Source: an uncultured euryarchaeote
GTDB taxonomy: Archaea; Thermoplasmatota; Poseidoniia; Poseidoniales; Poseidoniaceae
Direction of reading: 5' to 3'
NCBI GenBank assembly: GCA_963981035.1
Contig: CAXCCF010000001.1
Location: 23,006-87,005, forward strand
Length of the DNA stretch: 64,000 bases
Below are positions 42,199 through 51,766 of this stretch, piece after piece (the first letter of the stretch is position 1; each line of letters starts with the position of its first letter). The position numbers and the translations under genes were made by a program. The notes below the pieces were generated by a model that was given only the letters and a program-made list of their open reading frames with translations, did no database searches and was not told where the DNA came from.

Positions 42199-43413
42199 AT
42201 GAGCAACTATCTTGACCGAATTGGAGCGGGTTTCGTCCTAGCCAATCCAGAAGGATTAGATTTTGATTATATGCCTGATGAATTAGTCGGTAGAGATGAG
42301 ATTCAAAATCAATTGGCCAGTAAATTTTCTTCATTATCACATCCCGATGGAGCTGGCCGAGCGGTCATCACCGGACCAGTCGGTAGTGGGAAAACTGTCT
42401 TAGCGGGGACTTTTTGCAGAGATATACAGCGCCATCTGGCAAATAAGAGACAAATAAAAAGCGTCCATATTAATTGCAGGAACGCATCTACAAGCATGAG
42501 AGTCGTTCAAAGAATACTGCACAAATTGGACCCTGGCCACCCAGATAGAGGACTTTCCATGGGAGAGTTACTAATCAGTTTACGTAAATTGATTAGAAGA
42601 GATTCATCTCATTTAATCGTTGTATTGGATGAGGTTGATCACATGTTAAGACGTTCTGGTGACGACCTTCTATACCAACTTCTGAGGATAGATGAAGACC
42701 AACCAGGAAAAGGAACCATCTCTCTGATAATTATTAGCCAGGAACAAGTTCTAGACCTATTAGAAACAGCCGTTATCTCACGAATGGGAAGTACTAATCA
42801 TATCAAAATACCACCTTATACAGTCGAAGGCATTGAGAAAATTATCCAGCAGAGAGCGGATTTTTCTCTTGTTGGTGGAACTTATTCTCCAAAGATAATA
42901 CGATTAATTGCAGAAAAAGCCGCTCCAAGTGGTGATGCTAGAAGAGGTATTGAGTTATTATCTGCGGCTGTTGAACGTTGTGAATATAGACAAGATTCTC
43001 ATAGTGTAAGAGAAATACTAGTTGAAGATATTCATGAAGCAAATGATAGTGTTGCATTGCAAATCGGAACCAATTTAGAAGTCGTTGATGGCCTATCGGC
43101 TAACCATATGTTAGTACTTCTGGCGATGTGTAGGAGATTAAAGACGGAAGAGACAATGTCAATGGGTGATGTTGAATCTCTATACGCAGTTATTTGTGAA
43201 GAATACGAACAAAAACAAAAAAGTCACACGACGATTTGGAAATATGTAAAACACCTAGAACAGCAGCAGTTGATTGATTCCAAGGTCGCAACAGTTAGTG
43301 ATGGTAGAGGAAGGACAACCCATCTTAGTATGCCCCACCACCTGCCAGCAGACCTCTCAAGTCGCCTAGAATTACTACTTCCTAAGCGACTGCTGCGCAA
43401 AAAACAACTCTAG
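42199..43413 (+). CDS. cdc6: Orc1/Cdc6 replication initiator
   Basis: YMPDELVGRDE, GPVGSGKT, VHINC, IVVLDEVD, PPYT, GDARRGIEL and a C-terminal wHTH with GRGRTT wing. Confidence 0.92.
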   Translation: MSNYLDRIGAGFVLANPEGLDFDYMPDELVGRDEIQNQLASKFSSLSHPDGAGRAVITGPVGSGKTVLAGTFCRDIQRHLANKRQIKSVHINCRNASTSMRVVQRILHKLDPGHPDRGLSMGELLISLRKLIRRDSSHLIVVLDEVDHMLRRSGDDLLYQLLRIDEDQPGKGTISLIIISQEQVLDLLETAVISRMGSTNHIKIPPYTVEGIEKIIQQRADFSLVGGTYSPKIIRLIAEKAAPSGDARRGIELLSAAVERCEYRQDSHSVREILVEDIHEANDSVALQIGTNLEVVDGLSANHMLVLLAMCRRLKTEETMSMGDVESLYAVICEEYEQKQKSHTTIWKYVKHLEQQQLIDSKVATVSDGRGRTTHLSMPHHLPADLSSRLELLLPKRLLRKKQL

Positions 43414-43474
43414 GCTTATGCGGTGAGCCTAAATATGGGTCTCTTGTCGGCGAGTTATTCTAGTGGTGTAGATT

Positions 43475-43966
43475 ATGGCTGTTGGACAACAAGGAGAATT
43501 CGTCGCTGTGGTAAATGACACAGATCCTGCTAATGGTGGCAGGTCTTACTCATTGAAGATTAGTGGAAACAATCATGCTCAATTATTAGGTAAGAAAATT
43601 GGAGATACCGTAGATGGTATTTTCGTTGGAGAGGGTGAACAAACTCTTTCTGGTTTCAAGTTACAAATCACAGGTGGTTCAGACAAGACCGGGACACCTC
43701 TTCGTCGTGACCTAGAAGGTGGCTCTCGCCAATCTATTCTAGTTACAGCTTCAACTGGATTCAAGGGACATTCTCTCGTATTCAAGAGCAAGGGTGGAGA
43801 AAAGAAGCGTTTCCGCTACAAGTTAGATGGACTACGCAAGCGTAGAAACTTCCGTGGTAACACCATTACCCAAGATACCCGTCAAATCAATTTGAAAGTT
43901 ACTGAAGCAGGAAATAAGAGCCTTGCTGATATCACTTCTTCTGGAAGCGAAGAAGCATCGGAGTGA
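43475..43966 (+). CDS. rps6e: 30S ribosomal protein S6e (eS6)
   Basis: VVNDTDP...LLGKKIGDTVDG, LQITGGSDKTGTP, GLRKRRNFRGNTI..DTRQINLK. Confidence 0.95.
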   Translation: MAVGQQGEFVAVVNDTDPANGGRSYSLKISGNNHAQLLGKKIGDTVDGIFVGEGEQTLSGFKLQITGGSDKTGTPLRRDLEGGSRQSILVTASTGFKGHSLVFKSKGGEKKRFRYKLDGLRKRRNFRGNTITQDTRQINLKVTEAGNKSLADITSSGSEEASE

Positions 43967-44005
43967 ACCCCGAGAGGGAAATCGTGAATTGAGGAGTTTG
44001 GAAGC

Positions 44006-45244
44006 ATGGCAAGAAAGCTTCCATCTCAACCTGAAATCAACATTGGACTTGTAGGTCACGTTGACCACGGAAAAACTACTCTAACACAGGCTCTATCCGG
44101 TGTTTGGACCGATACTCATTCAGAAGAAAGAAAACGTGGTATTTCAATTAAGTTGGGATACGCCGATACTGCATTCTATCAAACCAGTGAAGGACAATAC
44201 TACTCAACAGGTCGACGCCCTGACGGTGGGAAAGATGTTGATAAGGAATTGAAAAGAGTTGTTTCTTTCGTCGATGCCCCTGGTCACGAGACATTGATGG
44301 CAATAATGATCACAGGCGCCTCCATCATGGATGGCGCAATGCTAATGGTTGCTGCAAATGAAACATGTCCGCAACCTCAAACGAGAGAGCACTTGATGGC
44401 ACTCGAGATTGCAGGAATTAACAATATTGTAATCGTACAAAACAAGATTGATTTGGTCAGCAAGGAACGCGCATTGGAATCTTACAAAGAAGTCAAATCT
44501 TTCTTGAAAGGAACAATTGCTGAAAATGCCCCTGTTATTCCCGTTTCGGCACATCATGATGTGAATCTTGACATTTTAATCGATGCAATTGAGCAAACAA
44601 TCCCAACTCCTGACCGTTCAAAAGATAAGCGCTCTATTATGCATGTAGCACGCTCTTTTGACATCAATAGACCTGGAACACGCCCAAGTAAGCTTAGAGG
44701 CGGTGTCATCGGAGGAAGTATTGTTGAAGGCGAATTCAGTGATGGTGACGAAATCATCATCGGACCTGGACGTAAAATTGAGAAGGGAAACAAATCAACA
44801 TGGGAGCCTATTGAAGCCATCGTAAGCAGTATGCAAGGCGGTGGATTAAATTTGGAAAATATGCACGCTGGAGGATTGTGTGGGATGGCAACTCAACTTG
44901 ACCCAAGCATCACTACCGCCGATAACTTGAGTGGCCAAGTAGTCGCACGAAAAGGAGATTTGCCCGAAGTTCGTTCAAAACTGGAAATATCTGTTACATT
45001 AATGGATAATATGGTTGCTGGAGAGGGAGAAAAGCCGGAGAAAATCCATCCTTTGCGCAATAACGAGATGTTGATGTTGAATGTTGCCACTGCAACTTCA
45101 GTAGGAGTTACTAAGAATGCTGAAAAAACTCGTACTGGTCTTGAATTAAGACTTCCAATTTGTGCTGATGTTGGACAAAGAGTTTCATTATCCCGCCGCG
45201 TTGGTTCCCGTTGGAGACTTATTGGCTACGGAACAATACAATAA
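44006..45244 (+). CDS. eif2g: Translation initiation factor aIF2 gamma subunit
   Basis: GHVDHGKTT, RGISIKLGY, VDAPGHE, QNKIDLV, RWRLIGYG. Confidence 0.97.
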   Translation: MARKLPSQPEINIGLVGHVDHGKTTLTQALSGVWTDTHSEERKRGISIKLGYADTAFYQTSEGQYYSTGRRPDGGKDVDKELKRVVSFVDAPGHETLMAIMITGASIMDGAMLMVAANETCPQPQTREHLMALEIAGINNIVIVQNKIDLVSKERALESYKEVKSFLKGTIAENAPVIPVSAHHDVNLDILIDAIEQTIPTPDRSKDKRSIMHVARSFDINRPGTRPSKLRGGVIGGSIVEGEFSDGDEIIIGPGRKIEKGNKSTWEPIEAIVSSMQGGGLNLENMHAGGLCGMATQLDPSITTADNLSGQVVARKGDLPEVRSKLEISVTLMDNMVAGEGEKPEKIHPLRNNEMLMLNVATATSVGVTKNAEKTRTGLELRLPICADVGQRVSLSRRVGSRWRLIGYGTIQ

Positions 45245-45294
45245 CTGTGCTAACAAACGCACATTTCATCAAAGATTGCTTTTCAGCATGAATT

Positions 45295-45678
45295 GTGCAA
45301 AGAGTAATTGTTGATGCTTGCGGTTGGGTTGCAGTAATTGATGCTGCAATAAATATCGATGATGCATTATTGCAATTATTGGGCCCATTCCAACTTCTTT
45401 TACTATCTGATGTTGAAAAAGAATTAATTGAAATTAACTCTAAACGGTCAAAGAAAAAATCTCTTTTGCTGCAACTGTTGAAGTCAAAAACGATAATTGT
45501 TGAGGCACCTGATGATTCTGGAAATCATCCTGATGATCAAATATTATTACTAGCAAAAAATGAAGGTACACATGTACTAACTGTTGATACCGAATTAAAA
45601 CGCCGATTATTTGATTTCGGCATTCCGATTATTGAAGTAGCAAAAAACAAGCGTTTGAGATTGATTGATTCTCTATAG
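45295..45678 (+). CDS. PIN-domain protein (Fcf1/Utp24-like, conserved downstream of eif2g)
   Basis: VIVDA, DVEKEL, PDDQIL, VLTVDTELKRR. Sits in the conserved rps6e-eif2g-PIN order. Confidence 0.8.
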   Translation: MQRVIVDACGWVAVIDAAINIDDALLQLLGPFQLLLLSDVEKELIEINSKRSKKKSLLLQLLKSKTIIVEAPDDSGNHPDDQILLLAKNEGTHVLTVDTELKRRLFDFGIPIIEVAKNKRLRLIDSL

Positions 45679-45707
45679 AATGGGCCTTAGAGGCTTTCTA
45701 TAATTTA

Positions 45708-45739
45708 GCCGATACAAAAATGTCGGCAATAATATTATT
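45708..45739. promoter_or_regulatory. Tandem palindromes upstream of the HTH regulator
   Basis: GCCGATA-N6-TGTCGGC (45708-45727, one mismatch) immediately followed by the perfect palindrome AATAATATTATT (45728-45739). Confidence 0.4.
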
Positions 45740-45768
45740 AACAAATACGCACTTTATTGTGATGAAAA

Positions 45769-46224
45769 ATGAATCTTGCCGGTAGGAAGTTAATATATGA
45801 AGAAAGATGCGTAATGTTCATGCAAGCAGAGAATAGAATTCAGGGGTTGCATGATTTTACTAATACTAAATTATCTCAACAACTAGTTTCTCAATTGATC
45901 AAACTCGGTGTTCAAAATTATACTGCAAAATGTTTAGCTTGCCTCCATATTCATGGCCCTTCAACATCAATAATGCTACAAAAAAATTGTCAAATTAGGC
46001 AACCTGATGTAAGCGTGGCAATCGCTGAACTAAGACGCTTAAATGTTGTAAAGTTGGATTCTTCAGCCGCTAGTGGGCGAGGAAGACCATCGCACATCTA
46101 TCAACTAGCGGGAACTCTTAATGAGTGTATAATCCCATTCATTGAAGATGCGCAAAACAATATCACACATATTATTTCAGCAATCAATACTCTTGAACAA
46201 CTTGCAAAGAAAATGAGCGATTGA
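45769..46224 (+). CDS. Winged-helix transcriptional regulator (archaeal TrmB/ArsR-like)
   Basis: LQKNCQIRQPDVSVAIAELRRLNVV...SGRGRPSHIYQL. The true start may be a downstream Met. Confidence 0.75.
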   Translation: MNLAGRKLIYEERCVMFMQAENRIQGLHDFTNTKLSQQLVSQLIKLGVQNYTAKCLACLHIHGPSTSIMLQKNCQIRQPDVSVAIAELRRLNVVKLDSSAASGRGRPSHIYQLAGTLNECIIPFIEDAQNNITHIISAINTLEQLAKKMSD

Positions 46225-46225
46225 A

Positions 46226-46525
46226 TTAGGGTAACGTGAACAAGACATCATCACCATGACCATCTAGAAGCCTAATTTTTACGGCAGCATCAATCCATGC
46301 ATGGGCGTAGTTAATCGCTCCAAAAGCCCTTACTCTATCTCCGGTATTGAGGAAATGCAATGCATCGGATGAATAATCATCTGCCATTCTCATCATTATT
46401 GCCAGTTGTTTTGATTGCTCGCTACCCTCTGGAAAAATTGGTGTTGCTTTTTCTCTTGCCCTTCTAGTAATATCAAGATACTGCAATACTTTTTCCTTTG
46501 AAACTTCAATTAGTTCATCACTCAT
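46226..46525 (-). CDS. DUF357 domain protein
   Basis: MADDYSSDALHFLNTGDRVRAFGAINYAHAWIDAA. Confidence 0.85.
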   Translation of the reverse strand: MSDELIEVSKEKVLQYLDITRRAREKATPIFPEGSEQSKQLAIMMRMADDYSSDALHFLNTGDRVRAFGAINYAHAWIDAAVKIRLLDGHGDDVLFTLP

Positions 46526-47568
46526 TCCCCACCCTCCTTTTGGCGTTTTAATAGACGACGAACATCTTCTTTACGACCTAGGGCGCCATACAATTCTACT
46601 GCAACTGATAATTTACCTTCATCCTCTGCAGTTTGTGCGCGAATGAATAAATCCTTTCTTTCGTCCCAATTTCTTGCCATTGCAGCCTCTGCTGCTGCTT
46701 GATATCGTCCTTTGCGTTCTGATTGAGCAAGATGTGGTGCAGACCACTTGCGAATTAATCCTGAACGTGTTGCAGTGACCATTGAATCAGGCGTGAGACC
46801 AACTAATAAGTCACCCAAATCCATTGATTCTCCAAGTATTTCAACATCCTCTTCGAGTGTTCTTGAAATGTGATATAGGCGTCCTTCAATACCCAATACC
46901 CACCAGCCATCGGCACTGTTTATTCCTTCCAAAGCTTCGATAGAGTCCTGTTCAAGCCTGACCAAATCATCCCATCCAAATGGATGAGGGATTCCTTGCC
47001 ACAAACTACCGTCGCTTGATTGTAGTATTATTCTGCCATTGCCTAGTTCACTAGACCAACTCCAAGTTCTATCTTCGAGACATCTTTTTTTGTCAGATCC
47101 AGTTAATCTGCCACACCAGATTCTACCATCGCTTGCTTGCCACATCAAATGTTCTCTATCTAGCCAGCCGATCAATCTCCGAACCATGCCACTGTCCATA
47201 CGTCGAATTCCTCGTCCCTCTTGTGAGAATAAATGGAGGTTACCATCTCTCCCTGAAAGTACCCAACCACCGCCAGGTCTCGCTTTTATTCCAGTGAAAC
47301 CACCAGGACTGCTTCTCCCTTCGTGCAATAGCGAGCCATCTCTGGTTGACATAACATAAAATCCATGTGCGGCCAGCACTCCAAGAATACCCTGGCCACT
47401 TTCAATTTCATGCACTTTGAATGGCATATCAACTGACCATCTTTCACTGCCATCATGTTCGTAAAAGGATAGATTCAAACCATTACTGACTACTAATCCA
47501 CCTTCGCTTGCGGCTATTGTAGCAATGATGCTTGGAACTTGCTTTGACCAAGTGATTTCCCAAGCCAT
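46522..47568 (-). CDS. Beta-propeller (WD40/PQQ-like) protein with C-terminal TPR-like helical hairpin
   Basis: Repeating beta-rich blades with Trp/Gly-Asp motifs (DGSERWSVD, GGWVLSGRDGNLHLFS, ATRSGLIRKW). Tail AQTAEDEGKLSVAVELYGALGRKEDVRRLL. Confidence 0.6.
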   Translation of the reverse strand: MAWEITWSKQVPSIIATIAASEGGLVVSNGLNLSFYEHDGSERWSVDMPFKVHEIESGQGILGVLAAHGFYVMSTRDGSLLHEGRSSPGGFTGIKARPGGGWVLSGRDGNLHLFSQEGRGIRRMDSGMVRRLIGWLDREHLMWQASDGRIWCGRLTGSDKKRCLEDRTWSWSSELGNGRIILQSSDGSLWQGIPHPFGWDDLVRLEQDSIEALEGINSADGWWVLGIEGRLYHISRTLEEDVEILGESMDLGDLLVGLTPDSMVTATRSGLIRKWSAPHLAQSERKGRYQAAAEAAMARNWDERKDLFIRAQTAEDEGKLSVAVELYGALGRKEDVRRLLKRQKEGGE

Positions 47569-49610
47569 TATGCCTCACCTCCCATCATATTCCAAGCGGT
47601 TAATTGGGCTCTTGCTGTTTGAGTTAGTGCAAACATTCGACTTTTTCCAACCTTGCGCACATTAAGGACTCCACCTTTATGCAAACGATTGCTTATTTGA
47701 GATAATCTTGCTCTTTTAATATTTAATTCAAGTAATAATTCTTTATCTGAGGGAGAATACTTTCTTTCATTCGCTGTTGCCACAACAACTGCTTCGTGAG
47801 GTGACAGGTTTGATAATACATTAGGATTTAATGGATGATCAATACGTTCTCCTGATTTTGGTTGTCTTAAACTCGTGAGGGCGTCAATCAATTTTCTCCG
47901 GTCATAGGAACCATCGGGTTTTTGAGGGGCTAATAAAGCGGTTTGGAGTGCATCAAACATAATTTTGAACTGCTTCATTTCAATGTTTGACATCAAATTC
48001 GATTCAATAGGTGGAACTGCTATTTCATGAGTTGGCGTTTCTAGAGTATCATTTTCTTCTAATTCCTCTTGAGAATCATATCCAGTGTCAATTATTCCAG
48101 TTTCATCATACAGTATCGCTGTTCCATCTCCTTCGTATTCATCTTCTGGTTCGTCGATTAGATTAGATTCTTTGGCAACCCATAATTCTGCGCCATCAGC
48201 ATCATTAGCAACTTCATAATCATCTGGGTTTTGTAATGAACGAGCTGGAGCGCCCCTCATCCTTCCGACCAGTGAGCCAAACATACCTGCAGATTCAAGG
48301 GGCATTTTTTTGCCTGTTTCAATAATTATCTTTTCACCATTATAAACATCAAATGGTGTTTCCTTCAATGGTTCATCATTGTCTTGAGAATCCCCCAAAT
48401 CCACCAAATCCAAGTCAAATCCAGAAAGTGTTGTGGTTTCACCATGCATTTCTTGCCACTCATTTTGCTCTGAATGCTCTGTTTCTTCTTCATCTTCTTG
48501 GAATCTTGATTGCCATGGAGCAGATGCATCCATTATCTCAACTTCATCGTCGGTAGAGGAATCTGTTGATTCGCTTTCGAATGGCTCCATTAATCCACCG
48601 AAAATATCGGTTTCCTGATTTTGTGCCATAGAAGCCTCTAATTCGGTTTGTCCATCTCCATCCGCACTTTGTGACTCAGATACCGAATCATCGCCATATT
48701 GGGCTTGTTTGGTAGTGAAAATGCCTGTTGTAGATGCTTCTGGCTGTTGCGTAGGCAATATCGCGCTTGTATCAAACCCTTTATTGACATTAGAGTCAGA
48801 ATTAAGGCTACCTTGTGCGCCTTGATTTTGTGACATCATATTGGAGTCAACAGCGTCCCTCATGACCCTTATTATTGAAGCAGGCAATCCATCAGTCACC
48901 GACAAAAGGTGCTCAGCATCCTCATCAGATAGTGAAAAATTGATACTGCAAACAGAACGTATTCTAAGATTTACAAGCTCCTGGACTGCTTTTTTGTCCA
49001 GTGAATTCAAGGTACTAACCAAGTCAAACCTCTTTGAAACTGATTCTGGCAAGTGTGCTTTTTGTTTGTGATCCAATACTACAACCATCAAAACCTGTAG
49101 TCTCTCAATTACAGGCAATGTGTCTCTCAATGCAACATTTAGAACAGAAGAATCAACCGTTGGAACATCTATTACAACCAATGGCAACTTACCTGTAAAC
49201 GATTTGCTTGTTTCAACCATTTCTGAAACTATCGCTGTATAATGCGAGGGGATATTTTGCCCAACCAGTTGAGAATACAGTGATTCAAGCAAACTTTTCG
49301 CTGGCGCAGATGCATGAATATGGTCTACGTGAAGCGAAACCGGTGCTGCATCAGCCAAACAACGCAATAGTGAAGTTCTTCCAGAACCAACGCTTCCGAC
49401 CATCAATATTCGCCTAGTAGAACGGAAACCAATGTATTGTGAAAGTTTGTCAAAAATCTCTTTTCGGCCCACTAAGAGGCTTTTTTGGCCCTTTTCCAAT
49501 GGTGCAGTGGAAAATGGGTTCTGCAATAGTTGAGGAAGTTCAATCTCTTTACCTTCAATCCGCATATCTCGAGCAATTGACAAAGGGTATTTATTGTTTG
49601 ACCTACTCAA
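47568..49610 (-). CDS. Degenerate AAA+/P-loop NTPase with long acidic linker and C-terminal winged helix
   Basis: NPFS..PL...LVGR N-terminus. Walker A GSVGSGRTS (K to R). Walker B-like VVIDVP (no Glu). Lid TDGLPASIIR. About 270 acidic disordered residues. C-terminal LNIKRARLSQISNRLHKGGVLNVRKVGKSRMFALT. Start is TTG 49610 or ATG 49565. Confidence 0.7.
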   Translation of the reverse strand: MSRSNNKYPLSIARDMRIEGKEIELPQLLQNPFSTAPLEKGQKSLLVGRKEIFDKLSQYIGFRSTRRILMVGSVGSGRTSLLRCLADAAPVSLHVDHIHASAPAKSLLESLYSQLVGQNIPSHYTAIVSEMVETSKSFTGKLPLVVIDVPTVDSSVLNVALRDTLPVIERLQVLMVVVLDHKQKAHLPESVSKRFDLVSTLNSLDKKAVQELVNLRIRSVCSINFSLSDEDAEHLLSVTDGLPASIIRVMRDAVDSNMMSQNQGAQGSLNSDSNVNKGFDTSAILPTQQPEASTTGIFTTKQAQYGDDSVSESQSADGDGQTELEASMAQNQETDIFGGLMEPFESESTDSSTDDEVEIMDASAPWQSRFQEDEEETEHSEQNEWQEMHGETTTLSGFDLDLVDLGDSQDNDEPLKETPFDVYNGEKIIIETGKKMPLESAGMFGSLVGRMRGAPARSLQNPDDYEVANDADGAELWVAKESNLIDEPEDEYEGDGTAILYDETGIIDTGYDSQEELEENDTLETPTHEIAVPPIESNLMSNIEMKQFKIMFDALQTALLAPQKPDGSYDRRKLIDALTSLRQPKSGERIDHPLNPNVLSNLSPHEAVVVATANERKYSPSDKELLLELNIKRARLSQISNRLHKGGVLNVRKVGKSRMFALTQTARAQLTAWNMMGGEA

Positions 49611-49682
49611 CAGCCCCCAGAGACGTGTTAATACATGGTAATCAAAATACCAAAGAGGTTTTTCAATGACCCAAATACTCCA

Positions 49683-49737
49683 AATAACGCATTGTTAACG
49701 CATGAATAACGCGTTAGGTTAAGCGTTAATAGCGTTA
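49683..49737. repeat. Phased head-to-head TAACGC repeat array
   Basis: TAACGC at 49685, 49696 and 49707 (11-bp period). GCGTTA at 49711, 49723 and 49732. Central perfect palindrome TAACGCGTTA at 49707-49716. Confidence 0.85.
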
Positions 49738-49840
49738 ATTATTAGCCATTACAGATAATTCTCTAACAATGGAAAAAATCCATTTCAAAGCGATGTCTTG
49801 ATGTGATTGGGATTAGTGGCTAAGCACAGAGGAAGCGAAG

Positions 49841-51139
49841 ATGTCGGTTGAAAATAGTCGTCTAAGTGGTTTTTTCCGATTATCTGTTGACGAACGTAGG
49901 CAAATTGTTGCAGATTCAGCAGGCCTAAGTCAACAACAAATCGATGCACTGGCAGCCCATGGCGAATTATCAGAGGATGCTGCCAATAATATGATTGAGA
50001 ACGTTATTGGGACAATGTCCCTACCTGTTGGAGTTGCAACAAACTTCGTAATTGACGGTAAACACTACCTAATTCCATTCTGTTTAGAGGAGTCAAGTGT
50101 AGTTGCAGCAGCATCCAATATGGCTAAGCGTTGCCTTTCTAAGGGCGGTTTTACAACAAATAATGATGCACCGATGATGATTGGACAGTTACAAATTCTG
50201 CAAGTACCGGATATCCCGATGGCAATTTCTGCGATTGAAAATTCTAAGGAAGACTTGATGAAAATATGTAATGATCGCCCTAGCACGATGATAAAACTAG
50301 GCGGAGGATGCAAAGATATTGAAATGAAGGTTATTGAAACCCTTTCAGGACCAATGCTAATCATGCACATATTGGTCGACACAAGGGATGCAATGGGAGC
50401 TAATGCCGTCAATACCATGGCCGAGTTAATTGCACCAGAAGTAGAGAAATTAACCGGTGGACGTGTTCATTTGAAAATACTTTCCAACCTTGCAGCACAC
50501 CGATTAGCCAGAGTTGAAGCCACATTTACTGCCGAGGAACTATCCGATGATGGTAGTCGTGAAAATGGATTGGACATCATTAGTGGAATATTAGAAGCCC
50601 ATCATTTCGCCGTTGCCGACCCATTTAGAGCAGTTACCCACAATAAAGGAGTAATGAATGCAATAAGTAGCGTATCTGTTGCTTGTGGCCAAGATTGGAG
50701 AGCAATTGAGGCAGGGTGCCATGCTTGGGCATCTCATCGATCAGGAACATACACTTCGATGACTCAATGGAGCCAGGATGACAATGGTGACCTTGTAGGA
50801 TCCATTGAGACTCCAATGGCCGTAGGAATTGTTGGTGGTGCAAGTAGGGTACATCCTGTTGCGAGAGCAAATCTGGCAATTCTAGGAGTCAATTCTGCTC
50901 AGGAGTTGGCTGGAGTTATCGTAGCATCGGGATTAGCGCAAAATTTAGGGGCATTACGTGCATTATCTACCAGCGGCATTCAAGCTGGACATATGAAATT
51001 GCATTCTCGTAATATGGCGGTAAGTGCAGGCGCTACAGGCGATGAAGTTGAAATTGTTGCCCAGCGCCTACAAGCCTTTACAGGGCCAAAAACTCAAACA
51101 AAGGTACAAGAATTACTCGATGAGTTAAGGAATGAATAA
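49841..51139 (+). CDS. mvaA: Class II (bacterial-type) HMG-CoA reductase
   Basis: ENVIG, EESSVVAAAS, DAMGANAVNTMAE, THNKGVMNAI, QDWRAIEA, GIQAGHMKLH. Confidence 0.95.
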   Translation: MSVENSRLSGFFRLSVDERRQIVADSAGLSQQQIDALAAHGELSEDAANNMIENVIGTMSLPVGVATNFVIDGKHYLIPFCLEESSVVAAASNMAKRCLSKGGFTTNNDAPMMIGQLQILQVPDIPMAISAIENSKEDLMKICNDRPSTMIKLGGGCKDIEMKVIETLSGPMLIMHILVDTRDAMGANAVNTMAELIAPEVEKLTGGRVHLKILSNLAAHRLARVEATFTAEELSDDGSRENGLDIISGILEAHHFAVADPFRAVTHNKGVMNAISSVSVACGQDWRAIEAGCHAWASHRSGTYTSMTQWSQDDNGDLVGSIETPMAVGIVGGASRVHPVARANLAILGVNSAQELAGVIVASGLAQNLGALRALSTSGIQAGHMKLHSRNMAVSAGATGDEVEIVAQRLQAFTGPKTQTKVQELLDELRNE

Positions 51140-51754
51140 TCATTCCTCTGCTTGTCCTGCAACAGGAAGGGTCGATTGTACTGTTAAGTCTACATTCTCT
51201 TCTTCCTGTAGCGCTTCAGTACCTACCATTCCCTCTAACATACCCGAAGACTGTACCTGTTCTCTGAACCAGGCTTTTACCTTCTTTCTTTCAGTAAATG
51301 GGCATCCAAATGATTCTGAAAATCTCCGAGTGGTTATCAAACGACGAGTATTACCATCCTTTCTTCTATCAACCATTCCCAATTGTGCCAGTTCTCGGAC
51401 ATAATCATATGCTTTTTGACCCAATAACTCAACTAATCTTGACTGTGCCATTGGCTGGTGATATGCGATTAGAGCGGCGGCTTTGAGTAATTTTTGCGGC
51501 ATCTCGGTTCTTGCTTCTTTGGGAAGGTGGTCTGCTATTTGCGGTTTGACTTCAATTGCCCATCGGTTGCCAATTTCTGCGATTTGTAGGGCACCTCCTC
51601 TTCGCCGTTTCAGTGTGGCTCTGAGAGAGTTTAGTGAATCTATCATCTCTTCAGAATCATATCCCAATGATTCTGATAATTCCTCGATTGTCATAGAACG
51701 CCCTGCTCCAAACAAGGTTGCTTCCAGTAATGATTCCAAAGGTAATTCGCTCAT
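51140..51754 (-). CDS. scpB: Segregation and condensation protein B (KITE)
   Basis: LEATLFGAG, ALQIAEIGNRW, LLKAAALIAYHQP, AYDYVRELAQLG, LITTRRFSESFG. Confidence 0.9.
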   Translation of the reverse strand: MSELPLESLLEATLFGAGRSMTIEELSESLGYDSEEMIDSLNSLRATLKRRRGGALQIAEIGNRWAIEVKPQIADHLPKEARTEMPQKLLKAAALIAYHQPMAQSRLVELLGQKAYDYVRELAQLGMVDRRKDGNTRRLITTRRFSESFGCPFTERKKVKAWFREQVQSSGMLEGMVGTEALQEEENVDLTVQSTLPVAGQAEE

Positions 51755-51766
51755 GTAAATAACTCC

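Noticed and set aside
43411-43431. TAGGCT...AGCCTA hairpin after cdc6
   Set aside because: A short 6-bp stem without a U-tract. Plausibly a terminator but too weak to call.
43475-45678. rps6e-eif2g-PIN gene cluster
   Set aside because: This is a widely conserved archaeal arrangement and not unusual.
49683-49737. TAACGC array as a mini-CRISPR
   Set aside because: Units are 6-11 bp with no 30-40 bp unique spacers, and no cas genes are nearby.
49841-51139. Class II HMG-CoA reductase as a novel horizontal transfer
   Set aside because: The bacterial-type enzyme is already known in Thermoplasmatales and Archaeoglobales.
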